Virus record (IMG/VR): IMGVR_UViG_3300044640_001517 | Span: 26,335 to 90,334 of that record | From: a virus | Length of the DNA stretch: 64,000 bases | Reading direction: 5' to 3' (one strand) | In this document: piece after piece, positions 58,534-64,000 of the stretch | How positions within the stretch are numbered: position 1 is the first letter of the stretch | Layout of the letters: each line of letters begins with the position of its first letter | Notes under the pieces: model-generated | The model's input: the letters and a program-made list of their open reading frames with translations, nothing else | What the model was told of the DNA's origin: nothing | Databases searched by the model: none | Position numbers and translations under genes: made by a program

Positions 58534-58838
58534 GATCTTGTTTCTCCTCTGTCAGTGCGTCCAGCTGCTTTCGCAAGCGCATGTTCTCCGCAAACAGTTC
58601 GTCGTTTCTCCGACGCAGATAGTCGATTGTCCATTCTTTTTCAATCTCCGTATTTGTCATTTCCATCTACTTTTACTATACCACCCTCGGTGGCAGATCG
58701 CGTGATCTACTTACTTTTTCTTTTCCTTCGGCTGAACGACCCCAAGTAACGGAGTCGGATCCTTTCGCTTACCGCGTTCGGTGTACAGGTTGGCGACAAC
58801 CAGCGCGAGCACCATAACCACCGCAACGATGACGATGG

Positions 58839-58997
58839 TCACTTTGTTTGCTCCATCGCGATCACCGCTGTCGAATGCGCCTTGGGGTTTGTGCAGATCG
58901 GAGGCTCCGACGGACGTACGAACAGCGTGACCTTGTTGTCACATTTCGGACACTTCCAGATGCTCTTTGATTTTCCCTTAGGCTCTTGCTCTTCCAT
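58839..58997 (-). CDS. Small zinc-ribbon protein
   Basis: WKCPKC...PPICTNPKAH; AGGAG upstream of MEEQ. Confidence 0.55.
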   Translation of the reverse strand: MEEQEPKGKSKSIWKCPKCDNKVTLFVRPSEPPICTNPKAHSTAVIAMEQTK

Positions 58998-59038
58998 GCT
59001 GACTCCTTGACTTACCGCGCTGTTGGTCAATACTATAC

Positions 59039-59308
59039 TCACACCTTCACCGCAAACTGTGTCATCTTCTCCCGACGCTTCTCCCGACGTCGGAGATTTT
59101 TACGTTCGTTGGCAGTCATGCCGCCCCATACACCGAACTCATTATTGTCCATCGCGTAGGTCAAGCACTGGTCGACAACCGGACAGGTTGCGCATACGGC
59201 CTTTGCCTTTCGGACAATTGTCAGGTGATCGTCCTCAAAGAACAGATGGCCCTTGCCTTTACATGCCGCGCTATCAGTCCAACGCATTGTGGTGATGTCT
59301 TGTGTCAT
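59039..59308 (-). CDS. whiB: WhiB-family transcriptional regulator
   Basis: W..SAAC...LFF...AKAVCATCPV..QCL..A....FGVWGGMT..ER. Confidence 0.93.
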   Translation of the reverse strand: MTQDITTMRWTDSAACKGKGHLFFEDDHLTIVRKAKAVCATCPVVDQCLTYAMDNNEFGVWGGMTANERKNLRRREKRREKMTQFAVKV

Positions 59309-59320
59309 TCTGTCTCCTTG

Positions 59321-59935
59321 CTATTTCGTTTTGGTTTTTACTTTGTACTGCCGCGCTGACTGCGTCAGTATATGAAACGGTGGACCGGATCCCGGATCGA
59401 GCTTACCTGCGATCTGCAGAGCCTCGCGAACGAGCTTCTGCGTCTCACCCATGTTTAGTTCTCCGATCGTGTCTCCCTGCTTTGCGTGCATCGCAGCAAG
59501 TGCGTAGTCTCCGCCGGAACCGAACGAGTAGATTCCGGTTGTGTCACGCACCCATGCATAGTCAGATCCAATTTCGTAGATCTGTCCATTCACAATTACG
59601 AGCACAACAGAGCCGTGCACCTCCTGCTCCTGCTTCTCACGACCAACGTACCCGTGCTCTTCAAAACATGTCCGCAGTGCCGGTATGAACTTGCTGGTGA
59701 TGAACCGATCAAGTCGGATCCCAGTCAGATCGCCGGCAGACGGAGGTGAGAACGCGTAAGCAAGAATGTTGATTGCGCGAACATCACCGGCTGCTCCGAG
59801 CAGGTAGTTACCATTCTTCATCACCTTTGCTGATCCGCGTCCCAACGTGTACGTCCGGCCTCCATCTTCGGTGACCTTGGAGTCGAATCCAACGACGGCC
59901 CACGAGGGACCCTGCAGTGCGATGATCGTTGTCAT
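59321..59935 (-). CDS. Proteasome beta/HslV-like Ntn threonine protease
   Basis: MTTII N-terminal Thr nucleophile, FDSK, AKV, GAAG, FGSGG.YAL, D..SG. Confidence 0.85.
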   Translation of the reverse strand: MTTIIALQGPSWAVVGFDSKVTEDGGRTYTLGRGSAKVMKNGNYLLGAAGDVRAINILAYAFSPPSAGDLTGIRLDRFITSKFIPALRTCFEEHGYVGREKQEQEVHGSVVLVIVNGQIYEIGSDYAWVRDTTGIYSFGSGGDYALAAMHAKQGDTIGELNMGETQKLVREALQIAGKLDPGSGPPFHILTQSARQYKVKTKTK

Positions 59936-60031
59936 GGTTTACCTACAGTATCAGGTAATAGATCACGCCGGTGGTCGATCCGTATCGCGGTATCGGATTA
60001 TCGACCACGGCGTGAACTCGCATGGAGGCGA

Positions 60032-60277
60032 TCAGTTGTCTTTCTTTTCCCATCCGGCCGGGTGGCGCTTTTTGGAGGCGAACATCTCGATGTCCTGCCG
60101 GCCAGTCTCGACCGTATCCATCAAGTTGATCCACCGAAGGTCGGAGTCGTCCCACTGGAGTGTACCGTAGTAATCACCCATTAGGTCGACGTGGTGCACG
60201 CGCATGTACGCGCCGGTGGCGAGTATCAGAGCCATGAAGGCCTGACTCACCGCAATCAGTGCCAGAAACACTGTCAT
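60032..60277 (-). CDS. Small membrane protein
   Basis: Hydrophobic N-terminus MTVFLALIAVSQAFMALILATG. Confidence 0.55.
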   Translation of the reverse strand: MTVFLALIAVSQAFMALILATGAYMRVHHVDLMGDYYGTLQWDDSDLRWINLMDTVETGRQDIEMFASKKRHPAGWEKKDN

Positions 60278-60536
60278 CACTTTCTCCGCGTAATCGCGAT
60301 ACCGGCGATCAGGAAGGTGGCGATCGCCCACGCTACCGCGGTGATCGAGTTATATAGGTCAATATGAATTTCCATGCTGTCTCCTTGTGTAGTGAGGTGG
60401 GGGCTACTTTACCATGAAGGTCTCCCGCACCCTGTGATCTATATACTACTTTCTTTAGAAAGTAGCCCAACCCGGCTGAAACCCTTATTTCTCCGGGCCC
60501 AGCCGGCCAGCCGGCCGCGTCGGGGGGTTTGAACCC

Positions 60537-60686
60537 CTATCGCCCGGCGACCCGGACGATAAGGGTTTGGCGCGCCTGGGGCGCCTGGCGCACCCAGAAC
60601 TGGTTGCATTTTGTTTGGCTGCCGCTGAAAACGATCAACATTCGCGATCGATCGTAGACCTCGTGTGGTTTCGTGGATGGTTTCAT
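60537..60686 (-). CDS. Small hypothetical protein (49 aa)
   Basis: MKPSTKPHEVYDRSRMLIVFSGSQTKC...; has its own promoter motif and ACGACGAAGGG leader. Confidence 0.55.
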   Translation of the reverse strand: MKPSTKPHEVYDRSRMLIVFSGSQTKCNQFWVRQAPQARQTLIVRVAGR

Positions 60687-60801
60687 GTTTTGTCCCTTCG
60701 TCGTGGTTACATGATCATTTTACAATCCCAAGTTTTATCGGGCAAAAACGTGACGCCGGACGCCGGCAGGATCGCCGGACGCCGGACGTCGAACGTCGGG
60801 G

Positions 60802-60981
60802 TTATTTTTCGATCGTGATTTTGATTTGATCGTCGAATTCGATATTACGAAGATATTCGATATCGTTTTTATCGCAAAACGACAGGAGGATTTCGTACGC
60901 GTCGTAGACGATGAAATCGGGTTTTGTTGATGATATTGAGAATTCGCCGGATGGGACGTTGAGAGTATATGTTCGTTTCAT
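60802..60981 (-). CDS. Small hypothetical protein (59 aa), leaderless
   Basis: MKRTYTLNVPSGEFSISSTKPDFIVYDAYEILL...; ATG 6 nt after TAAAAT. Confidence 0.6.
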   Translation of the reverse strand: MKRTYTLNVPSGEFSISSTKPDFIVYDAYEILLSFCDKNDIEYLRNIEFDDQIKITIEK

Positions 60982-61061
60982 GTTCTCATTTTACAATCCC
61001 TAGTTCTGTGTGCAGCCATAGCGGGCCTGCCGGAGCAGACCCGCGCTGACTGACGATCAGA

Positions 61062-61265
61062 TTACTTCCAATCTGGAAGTGCGTATGGATCGCTGACTTT
61101 TTTAGCCGCGTCCAATCCGCTCAAGGTCCACTCAAACGATGCTTTGCTTTCGCGCAGAACATCGGAGAGTTCTTCAACCTCATCCCGCATCTCTGCGATC
61201 TTGCGGCTGAGTTCGTAGATACGTGCCTCAGCTGCCTTCGGGTTGTCTGCGTATTTCTGTTTCAT
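61062..61265 (-). CDS. Small coiled-coil protein
   Basis: Promoter motif at 61295-61311, AAAGGA RBS, downstream hairpin at 61021-61044. Confidence 0.65.
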   Translation of the reverse strand: MKQKYADNPKAAEARIYELSRKIAEMRDEVEELSDVLRESKASFEWTLSGLDAAKKVSDPYALPDWK

Positions 61266-61306
61266 TGCTGTCCTTTCGTTGAAGTTACGTTGCCATCTTA
61301 CTTTCT

Positions 61307-61651
61307 CTAGATAACGATCTGAGTGAATTGTTCCCAGAGGAAGTCCATCTGTTCTTGGTTCAGTCCCCGCGTATTCCCATTGCTATCGGGGGTCCCGGTG
61401 ATGACCGCGTTACCGACGATGTGGTCGGTGCCGGCTCCGAACGCTCTGTCCCACAGAATCTGCGCTGCCGGATTGTGCTCGAGACCGATCATCTTTCCTT
61501 CTTCGTGAACCCACATCGTGGTGTCATCGTCCAGGTCGATCGCCTGTACGTATCCACCGACCGCTGTCTGTAGGATCCGGAGCTGGTCACTTGAGATATC
61601 GAGGACGTTCAGATCCCCCGACATCATTATTTGCATTGCTTGCCTTTTCAC
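61307..61651 (-). CDS. DUF3846-like protein
   Basis: LQTAVGGYVQAI...MWVHEEGK..GL.HN..A...DHIVGNAVITG; GTG start with AAAGGAG. Confidence 0.75.
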   Translation of the reverse strand: MKRQAMQIMMSGDLNVLDISSDQLRILQTAVGGYVQAIDLDDDTTMWVHEEGKMIGLEHNPAAQILWDRAFGAGTDHIVGNAVITGTPDSNGNTRGLNQEQMDFLWEQFTQIVI

Positions 61652-61704
61652 TGCTTCTCCTTTGTCGCTGTGTTTACATTTTACTTTCTTTGGTTCTACT
61701 TGCC

Positions 61705-61929
61705 TTACGGCTTGGTCCCGTAGGACCAGCCGTAAGTTGCTTCGTAGAAGTTTTCCATCCAGGCGAGTGCGCCCTTCTTGGTGTTCTTGGGGCATCCGTA
61801 CTCGTGGGCTATCTTGACCAGCGAGAACCGGGAGGCCTTCATCCCCGTGCTCACCTCGAGTCGCAGGGAGCTGATCAGCGCTGCGATCCGGTAGTGTTCG
61901 ATGCCAGCCGGCGTGTCAATTACTAACAT
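61705..61929 (-). CDS. Small hypothetical protein
   Basis: MLVIDTPAGIEHYRIAALISSLRLEVSTGMK...; has its own promoter and leader. Confidence 0.65.
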   Translation of the reverse strand: MLVIDTPAGIEHYRIAALISSLRLEVSTGMKASRFSLVKIAHEYGCPKNTKKGALAWMENFYEATYGWSYGTKP

Positions 61930-61979
61930 GTCGTTTCCTTTCGTCGTGGTTGATGTAGTCATTTTACTTTCTCCAGATG

Positions 61980-62090
61980 TTACCACCTGGTGTTCTTCGA
62001 CCAGTAATGGTGGTGACGTGCCTTGCGAATTCCCCTGAGGATTCCGAACTTGCGCGCCGCGTTGATTCCGATTTTGATTGAATCGATCAT
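61980..62090 (-). CDS. Small basic peptide (36 aa)
   Basis: MIDSIKIGINAARKFGILRGIRKARHHHYWSKNTRW; has its own promoter and leader. Confidence 0.5.
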   Translation of the reverse strand: MIDSIKIGINAARKFGILRGIRKARHHHYWSKNTRW

Positions 62091-62155
62091 TTTGATTCCC
62101 TTCGTCGTGGTGATGAGTACATTTTACTTTCTCTAGATTTGAGAAATCGATCGCG

Positions 62156-62329
62156 TTATGCGATCGATTCCCAGATCGATGGTTGTTGTGGTACGAGATA
62201 CGCGACGTATTCGCCGGACAGGGCGTGTTGATACAGGACGTCGCGTTGTTCGGACGTGAGGAGATTGATGAGGAGATGATACGAATCGTGTTGGATAAGG
62301 ACTGGATGGTGTTCGCGTGTCGTTGTCAT
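62156..62329 (-). CDS. Small hypothetical protein (57 aa), leaderless
   Basis: MTTTREHHPVLIQHDSYHLLINLLT...; ATG 6 nt after TAAAAT. Confidence 0.55.
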   Translation of the reverse strand: MTTTREHHPVLIQHDSYHLLINLLTSEQRDVLYQHALSGEYVAYLVPQQPSIWESIA

Positions 62330-62358
62330 GTAATCATTTTACAATCTCCGGTTTCGAA

Positions 62359-62472
62359 TCACTCCTTTTCCCACCTGTGTAACTCGTCGTTTTCCGGAGC
62401 TGGACACGATACGTCGTAATCCATCCAATCCTGATACGTGAATCCGCATTCGCACGTTTCGATATTTTTCAT
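62359..62472 (-). CDS. Small Cys-containing peptide (37 aa)
   Basis: MKNIETCECGFTYQDWMDYDVSCPAPENDELHRWEKE; has its own promoter and leader. Confidence 0.5.
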   Translation of the reverse strand: MKNIETCECGFTYQDWMDYDVSCPAPENDELHRWEKE

Positions 62473-62542
62473 CGTTCGCCTTTCGTCGTAGGTTATGTGA
62501 TCATTATACGTTCACAGGTTTCTTGCCGCGGCTTGACGGGGA

Positions 62543-62737
62543 TTACTCCCCGCCTTCCTCCCGCGCCCACTTCATCGATTCGATGTGACCGCGGCCGGAC
62601 GCGGTGTGTTCGATCCAATATCCGAACTCGGATTCGGACAACGTTTCCTTGGCCTCGGCCAACTCCGACTCCGAACACTCCAACTCGATATATGGGGATG
62701 TTTGGAATGATGAATACTTCCATTCGATTGTTACCAT
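62543..62737 (-). CDS. Small acidic protein
   Basis: 64 aa; promoter motif at 62767-62783 and ACGACGAACGGAG leader. Confidence 0.6.
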   Translation of the reverse strand: MVTIEWKYSSFQTSPYIELECSESELAEAKETLSESEFGYWIEHTASGRGHIESMKWAREEGGE

Positions 62738-62791
62738 CGTTTACTCCGTTCGTCGTTGATGAGACCATTTTACGATCTCCGGTTCGGAGGA

Positions 62792-62833
62792 TCCGACTCC
62801 GACTCCGACTCCGACTCCGACTCCGACTCCGAC
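62792..62833. repeat. (TCCGAC)7 tandem repeat between divergent promoters
   Basis: Seven perfect 6-bp copies. Confidence 0.95.
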
Positions 62834-62860
62834 TTGAACTGGGGAAAGTAAAATAAAAAC

Positions 62861-63043
62861 ATGGAATCAATCATGAGACACTTTGACTACATCGATCACT
62901 ACGAACGACAGGTGGCGCGCGAGCGCGCAAAAAAGAAACCGCGTCTCGATATCATCGCGTCGGCGACGGAGTACATCGAACACTCGCGGAGACGGATCTC
63001 GGTTCTCAACGAGGAGTACGCAGCTCAGTTTTTCGCGAACTAG
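62861..63043 (+). CDS. Small hypothetical protein, leaderless
   Basis: ATG 6 nt after TAAAAT (62849-62854). Confidence 0.6.
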   Translation: MESIMRHFDYIDHYERQVARERAKKKPRLDIIASATEYIEHSRRRISVLNEEYAAQFFAN

Positions 63044-63061
63044 AGAAAGTAAAATGACACC

Positions 63062-63250
63062 ATGATGAAAACACAAAATACAAATTACGAAGTAGGTGAC
63101 ACGATCACCTACGCAACGTGGGGCGGAGCACTCCGCACCGGTGTTGTGACCGGAAAATACGCTGACGTCAAGAATGGCCTTCCAGGCTTTGACATGACGA
63201 CAGAGTCAGGGAGCACCGTGTGGGGTTACGACGATCAAATCGTCAGCTAA
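63062..63250 (+). CDS. Small beta-barrel (SH3/KOW-like) protein, leaderless
   Basis: YEVGDTITY...RTGVV...; ATG 6 nt after TAAAAT. Confidence 0.6.
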   Translation: MMKTQNTNYEVGDTITYATWGGALRTGVVTGKYADVKNGLPGFDMTTESGSTVWGYDDQIVS

Positions 63251-63473
63251 CCGCACACACTTCTAGAGAAAGTAAAATGGACTCAACGCCGGAAGCGTAC
63301 AGAGCGACCGGCCCTACCAATACCTGCCTGATTCGGCGCTGGCAGCATCAGCATTATGATGCGAACAAAATGCCGCATGTACATTTCTAGGAATTACGCC
63401 GCGCTATCCGGCCGGCGTAATTCCAAAGAAAGTATAATGATAAGGCAAGTTCAAACGACGGAAGGACAAAAAC

Positions 63474-63716
63474 ATGAATAAGAAATGGGCCCTCCTCAAA
63501 GCCAGCGATGGCGTTCGAGGAATCAGCGGAAAGAAAAAAATCTACGAGGTCATGGTGAACGACAACGTTCTCACGTGTTCGTGGGGAATGGCCGAAAAGC
63601 CACAGCGCCAGATGAGTCAAACGACGTTCTTCTCATCGCAAGCCGCGCTGGTTGCCGCGTACGAAAAAATCAATTCCAAAATCGACCGCGGATACGACGT
63701 CGCGTATTCCGTGTGA
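63474..63716 (+). CDS. WGR-like domain protein
   Basis: KKIYEV.V....LTCSWGM....Q.....F.S...A......K...K..RGY. Confidence 0.7.
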   Translation: MNKKWALLKASDGVRGISGKKKIYEVMVNDNVLTCSWGMAEKPQRQMSQTTFFSSQAALVAAYEKINSKIDRGYDVAYSV

Positions 63717-63728
63717 CGAAGCAGGGAC

Positions 63729-63748
63729 GCCGGGGCGAAAGCCCCGGC
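63729..63748 (+). terminator. GC-rich GNRA hairpin
   Basis: GCCGGGGC-GAAA-GCCCCGGC just after the WGR gene stop. Confidence 0.7.
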
Positions 63749-63815
63749 TGCCTGTGGTTTCGACCGCAAGCCGTAGCTAAGTCCGCTCGAGAACTAGGGA
63801 TTGTAAAATACTTAC

Positions 63816-64000
63816 ATGACGAAAAACGTAGATCTAATAATGCACACAACGTGCGGAATCGATTTTGAGGTGGTCGACGCGACCACAAAACAAAGCCTCA
63901 CAGGAAGAATGTATTGGTGTGGGGATGAAGAAGCCGAAGAAAAAGAAAGTAGTGGTTGGGCCTTCTTTAGGAAGAAGGTGTCCCAAAAAGGTTGGACCAT
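63816..64000 (+). CDS. Hypothetical protein, leaderless, runs off the window edge
   Basis: MTKNVDLIMHTTCGIDFEVVDATTKQSLTGRMYWC...; ATG 6 nt after TAAAAT (63804-63809). Confidence 0.55.
   Translation, partial: MTKNVDLIMHTTCGIDFEVVDATTKQSLTGRMYWCGDEEAEEKESSGWAFFRKKVSQKGWT

Larger units (their letters stand above)
55809..63809. promoter_or_regulatory. Family of 17 promoter-like motifs, consensus TCTAGAGAAAG-TAAAAT (variant ACTAGGGATTG-TAAAAT)
   Basis: Minus strand copies at 57998, 60443, 60717, 60988, 61295, 61678, 61961, 62121, 62336, 62503, 62767. Plus strand copies at 55809, 62838, 63039, 63262, 63422, 63793 (left coordinate of each 17-mer). All point into the downstream gene or transcript. 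Confidence 0.85.

Noticed and set aside
60500-60570. tRNA gene suggested by GGTTCAAACCC
   Set aside because: No acceptor stem, D-arm or anticodon arm could be built, and it overlaps a small ORF.
62493-62870. ORFs with RSRSRS or LRLRLR tracts
   Set aside because: These are translations of the (TCCGAC)7 repeat that run across promoters and better-supported small genes.
60686-63809. Regularly recurring motifs as a CRISPR array
   Set aside because: The repeats are 17 bp, degenerate and mostly 150-400 bp apart, with ORFs between them; they fit promoters.
1-64000. Prophage or host chromosomal DNA; alternative genetic code
   Set aside because: No integrase, att-like site or housekeeping genes were seen, and long ORFs tile the window under the standard code.

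Overview
This window is about 64 kb of a tailed dsDNA phage genome with a siphovirus-type tail. The host is very likely an actinobacterium (WhiB gene, apparently leaderless genes, head and tail gene order resembling cluster B mycobacteriophages). Almost all genes are on the minus strand. From right to left it contains: (i) a cluster of small genes (55.8-64 kb), many with their own copy of a 17-bp promoter-like motif, diverging around a (TCCGAC)7 repeat; (ii) a methyltransferase, the terminase, a repeat-rich non-coding gap and the portal; (iii) an enlarged head module with a Dps fusion, a 5081-aa polyvalent protein (4 WYL domains, ADP-ribosyltransferase, HipA/PI3K-like kinase, DEDDh exonuclease, UvrD helicase, possible second ART) and an 1818-aa multidomain prohead protease; (iv) capsid and tail genes ending in a Pro/Cys-rich fibre followed by a double 2OG-Fe(II) oxygenase; (v) nucleotide metabolism and replication genes (kinase-UDG fusion, Asp-type thymidylate synthase homolog, dCMP deaminase, PolA, RuvC, SNF2 helicase, PD-(D/E)XK nuclease). 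The best candidate for an undescribed system is a virion-packaged effector cargo cut by the prohead protease at a shared L/I/V/M-T/V-A-A/S-A/G motif. All domain calls come from reading motifs by eye; no database searches were run.
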